Part shown: in pieces, positions 1 through 13,054 of the stretch | Numbering within the stretch: the stretch's first letter is position 1 | How the letters are laid out: each line of letters opens with the position of its first letter | Assembly (NCBI RefSeq): GCF_018350175.1 | Contig: NC_058368.1 | Coordinates: forward strand, 127,536,001-127,600,000 | Origin: Felis catus | Taxonomy: Eukaryota | Direction: 5' to 3' | DNA: 64,000 nucleotides | Program-made: the position numbers and the translations under genes | The notes under the pieces: generated by a model | What the model was told of the DNA's origin: nothing | Databases searched by the model: none | What the model saw: the letters and a program-made list of their open reading frames with translations, nothing else

Positions 1-184
1 GATACTACCATGTACTCTAAGACAGCCAGAAATATTGTAACATTTCACAGGTTCAAATCTGCATGTGCCAGCTAGCATCACTGACCCCTACACAGACTCA
101 GGATTCAAATCCTCCTGTGTGCCTTCACATTCCCAATGCCAAGTCACACATGAAGAGAGAAGAGAGGTGCATCCACTAGTGCAG

Positions 185-188
<4 letters not shown>

Positions 189-231
<43 letters not shown>
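189..231 (+). repeat. Pure poly(A) tract, 43 nt
   Basis: Uninterrupted A run; no SINE or LINE body recognisable upstream. Confidence 0.95.
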
Positions 232-233
<2 letters not shown>

Positions 234-710
234 ATACATCATAGTCTCAAAATCCATGATGAGTCCAGCCCTTTAGCAGTCTAGTAAAGGGGTGTGCATC
301 CTGAATATTATTAAATGTGGCGTGATCTTTGTTCCCCACCGACTCCCTTTTAGGTAACAAAACAGCTGAAGACACTATTCAGGAACATAAAATAGGTTCT
401 AATACTCCCATGCCCTATAATTAATCTTCACTCAATCACAAGCATTTCTGTTTCATGTATTACTTGAAGCAAAATGCTAATAAGGCAAGAAAACGTGACT
501 CTAGGACAATGCTAGAAAATGGCCTTCATTTCTCTTCTTTTGAGATAAATAAGATGCTTTTGATCACAGCATCGAGTGAATAATGCCTAAGTCTCTAATA
601 CAAGATTTAGTTAAATTATACCCATCTTGGGAGATGAATAACCTGAATTTAAAATAATAATTTAAGTTGAAAAAAAGGCAAAGCACCTTATTACTAAAAG
701 CCTAATCTTT

Positions 711-921
711 TTTTTTTAATTTTTTTTAATCTTTATTTATTTTGAGAGAGAGAGTGTGAGTAGGGGAGGAGCCAAGATAGAGGGAGACACAGAATCAGAA
801 GAAGGCTCCAGGCCCTGAGCTGTCAGCACAGAGCCTGAGGCAGGGCTCGAACTCACGAACTATGAGATCACGACCTGAGCTGAAGTTGGACGCTTAACCG
901 ACTGAGCCACCCACGCGCCCC
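711..921 (-). mobile_element. CanSINE (tRNA-Lys-derived carnivore SINE, felid type)
   Basis: Reverse complement of GGGGCGCGTGGGTGGCTCAGTCGGTTAAGCGTCC, CT-rich region and A tail; TSD AAAAGCCTAATCTTT at 696-710 and 922-936. Confidence 0.93.
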
Positions 922-1659
922 AAAAGCCTAATCTTTTTGAATGTGATTTCATATATTCTGGATCCTATAAAAATATTCATTATTACAAAAATTGTCCTTT
1001 GTCTCCAGTTTTTTGTCTAGTTCTTACCGTTTCCTTAATTCTATCCCTATACATGGTTCCATGATAGTTCTATTTATTCCGGACTTCTTGTTCCTCTAAA
1101 GATTGTTTTGGGTACTGGATGCTATCTGCCAGAAACCTAAGAAGAACAGAATAATCGGCCCCAAGATATATTAAGCAAGCCTCATTGGGGCTCATTGAAC
1201 TCATATACACGTGTACTCAAACCTCTTGCTCTTGAAAGTACATGGTAGCAACTCAATATGTATGCCTGAAATAGATGTGTTTACGCTTCTAGTGTTATTT
1301 TACACCTCTGGAAGTTCAAAACATGAAAGTGAATATTGTTTTTATTTCTCACAATTGCTGCACTGCTATATAGTTACCATTTAGAATCCTTTAAAAAAAG
1401 TAACAATCTTTATGTTTTCAAAGCTTATCAAGATACGACCTAACACTGTATCAAATATGAAGGGCATTGAGGTCAGATAAAGCCAAAGCATTTGCCAACC
1501 CCAAGGTCTAGATGAGCAGAACAGGAAAGAGCAGCTACATATACCTTTAACGTCCTTGGATGGTAGAGAGGGAACTTTAAAAACACAAGCGTACAAGGAG
1601 TTTCCTAGGGCAGTTAATCTCCAGAATTTAAGCTGTGCAGTGAATGAAGTGAATGAAAC

Positions 1660-1870
1660 AGGGGCTTAAATCCACTGGGTCCTCTGGCTTTCTCATGACC
1701 AGTTGTGTGAATATGGGCAAATTTCTTAAATAGTTAAACATGTTTTCTTACCCTTACAAGAAAAAGAGCAAATGCCTCACAGGATGGTGTAAAGACCAAA
1801 TGAGATACCACATAAAAGTATTTCACACAAAGCCCAGCACAGAGTAAATACTCAATAAATATGGACCAAT
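1660..1870 (+). mobile_element. MIR fragment
   Basis: TGTGTGAATATGGGCAAATTTCTTAA...CACAGGATGGTGTAAAGACCAAATGAGATA...CAGCACAGAGTAAATACTCAATAAAT resembles the MIR core and 3' end. Confidence 0.65.
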
Positions 1871-2125
1871 GTTATATTCTCAGGTGATTTCTTTTTTATT
1901 ACTTTGGGTAAATATAAATATGGGAATCCTATAAAAAGGCAAATAGAAGTTGGGATGTATGAAATGTATCATTCATGTATTAATAAGCATGGGACAAACA
2001 GATACAAATGCATTGTCCTTTGAAAGAATGGCATGAGTGTATTTGGGCAAAATACTTCATGTTTCAACCACAGAAGGCACCTCGTAACCCAAATACCCAC
2101 ATGGGTTTTTATAGCAAACTTTATA

Positions 2126-2307
2126 TTTTTAAATGTTTATTTATTTATTTTTAAAGAAATAGAGAGGGAGAGGGAGAGAGAGAATCTCAAGCAGATTCCA
2201 TGCTGTCAGCACAGAGCCTAATTGCAGGGCTTGAACTCATGAACTCATGAGATCATGACCTGAGCTGAAATCAAGAGTCTCCAACCAACTGAGCCACTCA
2301 GGTGCCC
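2126..2307 (-). mobile_element. CanSINE, older copy
   Basis: TTTATTTATT...GAGAGAATCTCAAGCAG...CATGACCTGAGCTGAAATCAAGAGTC...CTGAGCCACTCAGGTGCCC. Confidence 0.9.
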
Positions 2308-2319
2308 AAATACCCCTCA

Positions 2320-2495
2320 GGTGCTGTCTTTTGGCTCTGGTCATTAAGGGTTGGTGAGATATGCCCCCATGTTGGGCCCTGCGTCAAAAGCATGGAGCCT
2401 GCTTGGGATTCTCTCTCTACCTCGCTCTCTGCCCCTCCCCCACTCACATGTGCCCTCTCAAAATGAATTAATAAAAACTTTAAAAAATAAAAAAA
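2320..2495 (+). mobile_element. CanSINE, 5'-degraded
   Basis: GGAGCCTGCTTGGGATTCTCTCTC...GCCCCTCCCCCACTC followed by an A-rich tail. Confidence 0.8.
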
Positions 2496-3255
2496 TACTG
2501 CATACATTTGACATGACTAGGCTTGGAACAGTGCTTTCAGGAAAAGCAGAAGGCAATGATTAACTTTTCTCCTTGCAGTTGGTTACATTAAATAACTTTA
2601 CACAGAGGAGGGAAAGAGAAGCTAAAATCCAGGTCATAGAGTATTCTGTCAAGTTTTTTTTTTTTTTTCCTCCTTTCTCTCAGGTAGCAAAAACTCATGG
2701 GCTTTTTAAGGGGAGCCAACCTGGCTAGGCTTTTCAAACTCCTTTTATTCCTTGCTTGGGAAAAGGAAAAACCAAGGTATGGGAATACAGGAAACAACAC
2801 TTGATTATCCCTGAGCCTTCTAAAACCTAGCCTGAAGACTATTCCAGAGGAGGGTACTGGCTGATGTTCATAGCTAATTAATCACTGGAAGCCTGGAGGT
2901 AGTCTGGGTCATTACAATCCTCTTAGTATAGAAGGGTCTACATATAGAAGAGCCAAAAAATCAGTGGTTTTCTTCAGGGATCACTGAGACATTGCAATCC
3001 AACCTAAAGAATGTAAAATCTCATGATGACTTCATCAAGATTTCAAATTGTTCTGATGAAACAAGGAAGGATGTTACAAACAAGACTGGATCAGAACAGG
3101 TGTTGGCTAAAAATTACATCGTTTTGTTTTTTTGGTGTTAGTTATGCATAATTAAAAATACAAATTAAGAAATCATGATGCCAGTAAGTGTTCTCATTGG
3201 CTTGTGGGTAGATGCCCTCTGTTCTCTAACCCTGTTTCCCTTGCAGTGGATTTGA

Positions 3256-3275
3256 GAGCGCCATCAGGTGGTGAC
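3256..3275 (-). promoter_or_regulatory. Candidate CTCF-binding site
   Basis: Minus strand reads GTCACCACCTGATGGCGCTC, close to the CTCF core CCASYAGRKGGCRS (one core mismatch), in a small GC-rich non-repeat patch. Confidence 0.45.
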
Positions 3276-4761
3276 ACAGTGCGGTTCCAGGCGCTGTGGG
3301 GAGAATTTTGTCTGAATGCCAAGGTTTGCTGGAAATAACTGCACAAACATGGCCAATATTCCTGGAACTTTAATTGACCTAAAGTTTTGTTTTTGTGCTT
3401 GAAGTATAGTAAAAATTAAAACATATAATGAAATTATAATAAAATACCTCTTGTGAAGTAGAATTTAAAAATCTGAGTCAAACAGACTTTCATCAAACCC
3501 CGACTCTGCTTCTTACTAATTGTGTCACACAGAGCAAGTTACTTAATATTTTTGAGTCTTGTTTCCTCACCCATAAAATGAAATATATCAATGAAACTTT
3601 GAGACTGACTACTTCAAGCTACCTCCCCAAGATTCTTTCCCTGCTGTCCCCCATTCCTCATCATCACCTTTGGATACGTTAGTCCTGGGATTTCCTTTCT
3701 CTTGGTTTCATGGGGGAATAAATACCCATCTACACATCACCTCCTCAGGCAGGGCTGCCCAGCCTGCCCTTGTGTGCTAATGTCACATCTGACATAGCCT
3801 TTAGTTTTTGCATTCTTCCCATCTTATAACAATTTCTTCTTTCCCAGAGTTTCATTCACTACTGGACTGGAAAGTCTGGTCCATATTGTGGTACATCTTC
3901 TTACTCACCTAGACACCATTCCTACCACATCTCACGTTTGTAGATGCTCAATGAGTGTTGGTTAGATGTTTTTTTAAAAATAGCAAAAATTATTGAAAGG
4001 TTAAGAAGCAAGAGCAAACAGTCAGGAGACTTTCTGGAGGAGTTACATTCATTGCCCAAAAAAGGAGACAAGTCACTTAGGAGAAAGGGGTGAAGCTCTT
4101 GTACTTAGCTGGCAAATATGTCGATTATGATCAGTGGAATACACTGCTTGTAAAACTGAGTTATAGCCCTGATTCCCTGTAAAAATTACCAGTAAATCCA
4201 CTTCTAAATGTTATTTGAAAAAGAAATCAGCATTTAAATCTTAAGTGTTTAAATTATTAACAATTAGACTGCACTGCTTTTTCTTAGAATCTTTTGGACT
4301 TAGGAAACAATTAGAAATCCTGAGGGCTTGATTTAAATAAATAGTTTCCATAAGCATCAAAGTTACTTGTTTTTTCACATAAATAACAGATCAAGTCCCT
4401 GAAACACTGCTGTATTTGGAAACTGAAAGACTTTTATTTAAGTCCATTCCCAACCCATTATGTGACCCTGGCCAAGATAGTACACTTCTCTGAATCTCAG
4501 TTTCCCTATAAAATGGATGATAAAACCATCCTAAGGGGTGTTACAAGGATTAAATGAAATAATTCATTAATAAGCACCTAGTCCTGTACCTACCATTTCT
4601 TTTTTTCCCCACTCATACTTTTCCTCTTACACTTATATTTTCTCTAAAATTAGTGTTTCCTCAATAACTATTTTGTAAGTTAAATGCTACCAAATTATTA
4701 AATGCTTCGTGGGAAAGTAATATGTTTTCAGTGCTTTAATTTTTAAAATGAGTTTCAGTCA

Positions 4762-5040
4762 GGGGTGCCTGGGTAACTCAGTTTCAGCTCAGGTCATGAT
4801 CTCAGGGTTCATGAGTTTGAGCCCTGAGTTGGATTCTGTGCTGACAGTGCAGAGCCTGCTTGGGATTCTCTCTCTTCCTTTCTCTCTTCGCCTCTCCTCT
4901 GCTCATGTGCAAGCCCTCCCGCCCCCCCTCCTCTCTCTTTCTCTCTCTCAGGAAATAAATACATAAACTTTACAAAATAAATAAATAAATAAATAAACAA
5001 ACAAACAAACAAACAAATAAATAAATAAATAAATAAATAA
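4762..5040 (+). mobile_element. CanSINE with expanded (AAAT)n/(AAAC)n tail
   Basis: GGGGTGCCTGGGTAACTCAG head, CT tract, tail 4975-5040; decayed TSD AAAATGAGTTT on both sides. Confidence 0.9.
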
Positions 5041-5104
5041 AATGAGTTTTAGGCATTAAACGGCATGTGAATAAATTAATGATGTAAAATATGCTTCTCA
5101 AATT

Positions 5105-5298
5105 TTTCTTTATTTTGTTTTCTTATTATTTTTTGAGAGAGAGAATGTGTGAGACAGGAAGAGGGGCTCAGGAAGAGAGAGAGAATCTTAACCAGGTTCC
5201 ACACTCAGCATGGATCTGGGTCCCACAACCCTGGGATCATGACCTGAGCCAAAATCAAGAGACAGAAGTTCAAGCAACTGAGTCACACAGACACCCCC
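5105..5298 (-). mobile_element. CanSINE, diverged
   Basis: GAGAGAGAATCTTAACCAGGTTCCACACTCAGC...GATCATGACCTGAGCCAAAATCAAGAG...CTGAGTCACACAGACACCCC. Confidence 0.85.
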
Positions 5299-5426
5299 TA
5301 TCCAATTTCTCTATGATGTATATCTTAGAACTATCCTGTCATAAGCACATAAAGTATGTACGCACCAAAACAGCATAATTTTGGTAATAAATTCAATGTC
5401 AATGTAACCTTAAAGAAATTAAATCT

Positions 5427-5641
5427 GGGGCGCCTGGGTGGCGCAGTCGGTTAAGCGTCCGACTTCAGCCAGGTCACGATCTCGCGGTCCGTGAGTTCGA
5501 GCCCCGCGTCGGGCTCTGGGCTGATAGCTCAGAGCCTGGAGCCTGCTTCCGATTCTGTGTCTCCCTCTCTCTCTGCCCCTCCCCCGTTCATGCTCTGTCT
5601 CTCTCTGTCCCAAAAATAAATAAACGTTTAAAAAAAAAAAA
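5427..5641 (+). mobile_element. Young felid SINE (SINEC_Fc-type), full length
   Basis: GGGGCGCCTGGGTGGCGCAGTCGGTTAAGCGTCCGACTTCAGCCAGG with CpGs intact; perfect TSD AAAGAAATTAAATCT at 5412-5426 and 5642-5656. Confidence 0.97.
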
Positions 5642-7013
5642 AAAGAAATTAAATCTGCATGAGAAATAATATAACTTTTCAACAATATGAAGATACAATT
5701 AACTCTCTTTACTCACAAACATACATACATATTGTATACAGAAGTGCAAAATATATTTTTAACACAGGAGATCATGTATATCACCATATAATTCCAACTC
5801 ATTAATCAATTCAACAGATTTATTGAGTGCTTGCTTTGTGCCAGGAAATGAGCCAAGAACTGGCAAATAAAGATGAACAAGACAAATTCTCTTCTTTCTA
5901 GAACCAATCACCCAATGAGAGAGAAAGACCATGCATAAGGCAAATAAAAGGCGATAAATGCTATGATAGAGAGTTCAAGACTGTAACTAATTTAATATTA
6001 AAATCAGTTCTAATACTTCAGAACTGGGCTTTCCTGAAATTGTCTTTATTGACTTTATCTAGCTTCATCAAATAATCGTCCCTTCATCTTTTTACTTAGA
6101 CTTATTTAGGAGGCATCTAAGGCAGAACAAAGTTTTCCACCTTCAGGTCAAATATACCAACAACGTTAGATGTGAAAATGAAACATAATTTACAGGCCTC
6201 AGCTCCTATCAATTTAAATGAAAATAGACAGTTGGTTCAGCATATGTTGATTTCTTAAAATTGAAAATCGACTTTCCCAGCAATATGTCTCAGGGAAAAT
6301 AAAATGTGTGGGCTGGTTTAATTCACTTATATTAAATAATGTTTACAGCTGATGTTTGATTACATTCCTGAAGGGGGGAAAAAGACTGTAATGAAGAATT
6401 ACAATTACTTTTTCCTTGGGAACAAAGATTCCTGGGTCTATGTAAGTCTGAGAACTTATTTCAAATTACTGCTTAGAACATAAACAAACAAACAAAAACT
6501 AAGAGAAGTCAGGATGGGATCCTTGGTAGAGCTACTAATTCTGAGTAACAGCATAATAAAACCCGAAGATGTCTGCATCAGCTTCACAAATGATATATTT
6601 TATCACGCTACATTTATGAAGAAATTGTTGACATGCTCTCTTTAAATGAAAGAGCAAGATAGACAGGTTAATCCTGTAAGTACCTTGGCCTGATGCATAG
6701 ACCTTCCCAGACTGGGTGATTTTTACCAAGAGAACTTGACAATCCATGCTATCATTGTCAATCACATTTAGCTTCCTAAAATTTGAAAGCTGGAAAATGT
6801 TGCTTTAATTTAAAGCCTTTAATATAACATCTAATCTAGTAGTTCCTAAACATCAAACTTCACCTTGGGAAAGCTTCCACCAGTCCATATAAAGAGAATA
6901 ATAGAAACAGAAGCGAAATAGTTTCATGTATTTGTCATTAAGCTAAATTTACCCAATTTAAATAATTATATTTTACTCTGACAAGATTTTTACCACTTTT
7001 TAAAAATTAAAAT

Positions 7014-7135
7014 GGGGCACCTGGCTGGCTCATTCAGTGGGGCAGGTGGCTCTTGATTTCGGGGTTGTGAATTCAAGCCCCATATTGGGGGTAGAGATTA
7101 CTTAAAAAATGTAAAAAAATCTAAAATAAAAAATA
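7014..7135 (+). mobile_element. Short-type CanSINE lacking the CT tract
   Basis: GGGGCACCTGGCTGGCTCA...CTCTTGATTTCGGGGTTGTGAATTCAAGCCCCATATTGGGGGTAGAGATTACTTAAAAAA. Confidence 0.85.
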
Positions 7136-7262
7136 TTTTAAATGTACGTGATTTTATGAAATGGTAAGACTATAGTGTAGGAACTTCTAAAAAATGACCT
7201 CACTTGGCAAACCACAAGTAGGTACTCTGATATGAACTACCACATTTAAAATCAATATTTAA

Positions 7263-7457
7263 GGGGCGCCTGGGTGGCGCAGTCGGTTAAGCGTCCGACT
7301 TCAGCCAGGTCATGATCTCGCGGTCCGTGAGTTCGAGCCCCGCATCAGGCTCTGGGCTGATGGCTCAGAGCCCGGAGCCTGTTTCCGATTCTGTGTCTCC
7401 CTCTCTCTCTGCCCCTCCCCCGTTCATGCTCTGTCTCTCTCTGTCCCAAAAATAAAT

Positions 7458-7504
<47 letters not shown>
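7263..7504 (+). mobile_element. Young felid SINE (SINEC_Fc-type) with (AAAT)n tail
   Basis: Near-identical to the 5427 copy; TSD AAAATCAATATTTAA at 7248-7262 and 7505-7519. Confidence 0.97.
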
Positions 7505-7506
<2 letters not shown>

Positions 7507-7570
7507 AATCAATATTTAAGAACTTGAAGGCCAGAAATCACTGGTCTACACCACATATGTTTACTAGGAG

Positions 7571-7684
7571 AATCAAAAATATAATGACTTGTCTTTTCCC
7601 CCTTTAAATATATTTTAATTATTTATCAATCAAAAATATAATGACTTGTCTTTTCCCCCTTTAAATATATTTTAATTATTTATC
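7571..7684. repeat. Perfect 57-bp tandem duplication
   Basis: AATCAAAAATATAATGACTTGTCTTTTCCCCCTTTAAATATATTTTAATTATTTATC at 7571-7627 and 7628-7684. Confidence 0.95.
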
Positions 7685-8354
7685 AGTGCATCTTTATTTA
7701 TCCCACATTCTTCAGAGGGATGTGTTACCTGAACATTTTGTGTTTCTATATAATTCTAGCTATATAATCAGAGTGAAATGAAGAGTATTTGAATATTTAA
7801 AATTTTATATATATACCCCACTGCATAGATGAAATTTTAAAAGTACAAAGGAGCCTTTCTTCAGGATAAAGAAGTCATTATTCCATTAATAATTTAGCAT
7901 CTTGCAAAGACCTAAGAAATTAATAAATCTGTAGAAAACAGAAAAACATAATGCAAGATCTGGGAAGGAGAAATGGCATCAAATGTTAATTAATGCATTT
8001 CAAGATCATTATCATAATGCTGATGGAATTGAAAAAAAAATAGCATAAGCCAGATCATTATTTGAGGTTATTGCAATACAGTACAAAGTGAACACAGCAA
8101 AATCACTGACAAAAAAATTATTTTTATTTCAAGTCTACCCTTGAAATAGAATACTTAGAAAGCAGAAATTGCATTATTATTATTATTAACTAGTTGTTCC
8201 CATCACATGCTATTTGGAGAATGTCTACAACGCCCTTGGGAAAAGGCTCTCATTGAGAAAAAAACGTCACATGTCTGAAAGGGGAAATACGAGTTAAGTT
8301 GCATTTTAATGCAAATTTTTGGTCTCAAATTTCTTATATTAAAAATGAATCCCA

Positions 8355-8910
8355 AGTGTACTAATACAACTTCTATGGAAAACTGGAAGTATTTATTGAA
8401 GTTGAATTATCCATACCATGTAAACTAGCAACTCAAACAGAAATGTGTACTTATTTATTCCAAAGGGCACGGACTAGAATGTTTATAGCAGCAGTATTTG
8501 TAATAGCCATAAACCTATAAACTACCCAAACACTCATCAATAGTAGAATAAATAAATAAACAAACTACAGTCTATTCCCACAAAACAATATGAATAATTG
8601 CACAAACTAATGTTGAACAAAAAGAGGCAGTTATAAAACAAAGTAAATATTGCATGATTCCATCTACAAAAAATACAAATAGAGGCTAAATGATTTTATG
8701 CTGTGGGAAGTAAGGATAGTGACCAGCCTTGAAGGGAGGGAGTAGTAACTGGAAAACAGAAGAAAGGCTGGGGAAGAGGGGTGGGGCCTTAAAAGGTTCT
8801 GTTTCTTGACCTGGGATCTGGTTACATTAGCATGAAAGTTCATGTTGCTGTATTCTTAAGATACATATAACTTTCTTCAGATAAGCTATGCTATAACTCA
8901 ACATTACAAA
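8355..8910 (+). mobile_element. Old L1 (L1M-type) 3' fragment
   Basis: AGAATGTTTATAGCAGCAGTATTTGTAATAGCC...CTCATCAATAGTAGAATAAATAAATAA...TGCATGATTCCATCTAC...TTCTGTTTCTTGACCTGGG, typical of ancient L1 3' ends. Confidence 0.75.
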
Positions 8911-9439
8911 GAAAAATAAATCCCTAAAATAAATAAATGAATTAACAGGAGGTAAATATCCAGTAATTTCCAATACAACAATATTTTTATAAACCTAAAA
9001 AGCAGCTAAGGAATTTAAAAAATAATATCATAAGGAGATTTGGAACAGATCTCAAATTTAAAAATCATTGTACCTAGAAAAGCACTTTTTAGATCTTCAG
9101 TATGTGTCATAGAGATCATTACTTCCTATGACATACTTTATTTACAAAAAAAAAAAATGAACACTAATCTTTGAAAAATATGTGTATGTACCTCTTAATG
9201 TTATATTAGAATAATTGTCTCATTCTATTATGGTCTGCTTTAGGACTAAAACTTCAGCTTTGGAGAAAGTGGTTTTTAAAATAACATCATTTTCCAGGTC
9301 TACTTGATAAGTACTTGCAATTCTGGGAAGCTTGTTCTAAGCAATATATGGTTTAGATGAAAATATAGCCTTGTCAGATCAGGTTCTAGTACAATAACTT
9401 CCAGTCTGAGTTTTGGCTAACTGGTCACTGTAAAAGGGA

Positions 9440-9755
9440 TTACACTGCTGACTGCTCATCAAAAATCCTTTTCTTCTTGGGCACATGGTTAGATTTCATT
9501 TCCCAGACTCCTGTGCAGTTAGGTGTGATCATGTGATAGGTTTCTATCCAGACTCCTTTGTATTCTTTTCCCCTATGGTTGTCTAGAATCATGCCCCTAA
9601 GATCAATATTGGAAACCATGCATGAAAGATGGCCAAGCCTCTACCAACCTTGTTCTTAAATGACTGGATTCAAGAAGGCAAGACCTGATCTTCCCTTGTG
9701 TTTATGCCATTACATGTTTTTATTGCAAACATTAGCCTACTCTAAATCATATAAC
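9440..9755. mobile_element. MaLR LTR fragment (MLT1-like, old)
   Basis: CATTTCCCAGACTCCTGTGCAGTTAGGTGTGATCATGTGA motif characteristic of old MLT1 LTRs; related segments at about 11610-12120 and 43590-43945. Confidence 0.6.
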
Positions 9756-11609
9756 TGATAACACATTTAGGGTTTCAAAATAAAATTAGTAGATTATTGT
9801 TTTTATGTGTGGTAGAGTGGAGTTTTCTATCCTCCTTACCCACTTTGTACTTTTGCATTCTTAACCCTGACGGGAAGGTAAAGGTTATTTTAGCAAAAAC
9901 AATGCATTAATGTTACAATATAAAGTATAGATCTTACTTCTTACTAGAAGAGACTATGTCTTAGATGTATTCCATTCTTAAGAAGAATGGAGTTGGAGCA
10001 TGGGCTAGGGATAGAAAATAAAAAGGAGATCCTGTATGGAATGAAATGTTGCCCAGTAGAATAATAAAAGGCTGATTTTCAAGACTTTTCTGGATCCCAG
10101 TAGTCATGGCCTGCCCTAAGTAAAACAGAATTATCTCTGGTAATGGCCAATAACTACATACTGTTTCAGATATGGTGTGGAATAATGGATGGATTCTCAA
10201 TGGAGACAAGAGGGATAGCTATCTTTTAAGCATAAACGTAAGCAAACTTAATAAGATATTTCACTTCTCTAGGTGAAAGATGTAAAACATTGGATTTTAT
10301 ACCCTCCACAAGTTAACATAAATACCCGCTTTAACGTCTCTGGGCATAGAGACATTGACATGAGACTAATTCATTATGCCCCATGAGGCCAATTCAAACA
10401 TCAGATATCTTCAGCATGTCATATCTTACACACTTGCAAGTAATGACCCTGAATAAAAGCCTGATTGTGTGCATGTAACCAGCAAGGACCAGAAATTCTT
10501 CATCTTCATACTCCTGCTGCTTAGGACAGCACTGACATGTAAGAGGCACTCTACAGACTACAGAACAAGAACAGTTGAAACAGTTAAATCCTTACAGGGA
10601 ATCTTGATCTTGTACAATACTTCCCAACCCAAGTGGTATTACAGACCAGATAATGCAATTTGCTCCTGGCCAGGATACTCTAAGAATGAGTGAGCCAGAG
10701 TGGGGTGGGGAGAAGCCTCAATGTCTAATACCGAGAAAAGAAACAGAGGAAGTCAAGGGGTGAAGTTCTACTCTGGACAGTGTTTTGTAGACACTGAACT
10801 GGGGAAAAACTCAGCTAATGAGAGGTAATATTTTGGCTGTAGACCAAAGTTGTTTCTTTCTCCAAATCAGGAGAATTAAACAAAATAGAATGTAATTATT
10901 TCTTCTAATAATATTAACCATTTGTTGAGATAAACACTTGAATTTTCATGCTTTATAAATGAGGTTATTTTGATTACAAACTTTTATTTTCAGGCTCTAC
11001 TTACCTGTACACAGGATAGTGGAGATTTAAAACATTTATCATTTAAACTAGCTCCCACACTGAGATTCATTTATCAAGCTAGTTTAGTCCAAAGGGGATC
11101 GGGGACTGTCATTAATCAGAGTTACCTCATTTTCCCATTTCATTTTTCTATCAGCTATAAATAGCCACCAATCTGTCCATTTGGTATTTTCTGCTGCCTT
11201 CAGTGTGATTTCTGCACTGCTTGATAAAACAGGATTACTCTGAATTAAAGATCAGAGAGGCTCCAGTACAATTATTTCAGTCATGTCCCCATAGGCTTTG
11301 CATAAATTATACTAGACCATTTGTCTATGAAACAAAGGAGGTCTTGATAGTGCAGAAAATAAACAACTTGCTATTAAATCTGATTTTAGCTTTTTTGGGG
11401 TATTAGATTCCTAACATAATGTGTATAGGTTAATAGCATCTGATTTTCTCTTTAAAAATCCTTATTCTATTTCCTTCCTCATCATTCTTGGACACTATAT
11501 AAGAACATCTATTTTTCCTAATAGGTTGGATATTCTGTTATATTGTGTTTCAAATCTCATCAGCTAAATGTTTTTCCCAACTCATCAAATTTAGCTCTGT
11601 CGGGACTAC

Positions 11610-12120
11610 CAGACTAAGTCAGATATTGCTAATCGCATATTCAATTTCATTCTCCTCTTCCCTTTCACTTGTAAAGCCCACTGTTGTTCACCCAAAACCA
11701 TGCCCAGTTAAAAAGCTAAGTTCCCCAGCCTCTCTTAAACCTAGGAGCAAGTGTGTGGCATTATTCCTATCATGGAGAGGCAAGCTGAGGGTTCCTGTGA
11801 TGATGTCCTGGCTTCCCTCATATAGACACTACCCCTTTTTCTACTTCCCTGTTTCCTTTCTCTACCATGGTTGGCAAAAGGATCTGGGAGCAGTCACAAC
11901 ACATGTGATCATGAGGTAACAGTCAAGGACGGGACAGAATGCTGAGGATGGTAGAGAAGAAACATAAAAGGAAACTACGCCTTTGATTATATCATAGGAT
12001 CACCATGGTAGCCCTACACTGCTACCTCCAGACATCCTTTTACATAAGACAAATACATTCTTAGATGGTTAAACAGCTGTTTTGTTGTGTTACTCATGGC
12101 TAAATGCATTCTTAACTGAT
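11610..12120. mobile_element. MaLR LTR fragment (MLT1-like, old)
   Basis: TTCCCCAGCCTCTCTT...GCTGAGGATGGTAGAGAAGAAACATAAAAGGAAACT...CTACCTCCAGAC...TAAATGCATTCTTAACTGATA. Confidence 0.6.
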
Positions 12121-13023
12121 AAAAAAAAAGACTCCCATCTTTTTGTGTAAAGACTTTTCAGCATACCTGTCATACTTTTAAAATATGAGCATTCTAAAGG
12201 AGGTGATGCCAGACTATAATGATTCCAGTAACTGGCTTCTTCCTCATGTTATTACATTAAGACACATTAACTTAGCTTGTATTGCAGTTAATGTTCCCTT
12301 CATTCATTTCTTTGCCTATAAGGTATTTTGAAAGTAAATATACACAAATTACCTATTTTAGAAGTTGCAAAACAGCAGAAATATTTGTAAGTCATCTAAT
12401 TTAGTTCTTGACTCATTTCCCAAACTATTCTTTTGGTGTAAAATACATTATAATTGAATGCTGTTCCCACTGTATTTTATGCACACTGGTTGTCATGCTA
12501 ATGTGCACAAAAGGTTTTATCGAGCATGAATGTATTAAGTAAATCCCAATCCTTGCCACTGCAAATGCTGACAGACTAAATAAAATTGCTGACAATTGCC
12601 AAAACGTATCCAGATAGATGAAAGTTAGGCAAACATCACTACAGGTCCTAGTGGATAAGCTAATCCTTTTATATTTGATATTTGTCTTATTAATTTTAAA
12701 ATAATAATGACATATTATTAAATTATATCTATGCATTCCCTGCAATTCTCTGGTAACCCACTGAACAGGGTGAATTTCAATAAAATTCAATGTCTTTGTT
12801 CTATATGTGATCTCAACTAAGGCTTAAAAATAAGCCCATCAACTAACCCATCTTTCTCCGAAATCCTGTATTTTAATTTATGCTAATATCCTTAGCAAAA
12901 GTTATATTTTTATGATTTTATTGACTGTTAAATTGCAGTGTTTTTCCAATGTCATTAGGGAGGGAAGGACTGAAAAGCAGAGGGACTAAAGGGTGGGGGC
13001 GTGGGGAAAGAGAGGGGGAGGGG

Positions 13024-13054
<31 letters not shown>

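Noticed and set aside
5427..5510. tRNA gene (A-box/B-box-like GGCGCAGTCGG, GAGTTCGAGCC)
   Set aside because: It is the tRNA-derived head of a SINE, followed by SINE body, tail and TSD.
5419..5685. Recurrent ORFs such as GAPGWRSRLSVRLQPGHDLAVREFEPRV and NVYLFLGQRETEHERGRG (also at 30654, 41496, 44390)
   Set aside because: Translations of felid SINE sequence, not genes.
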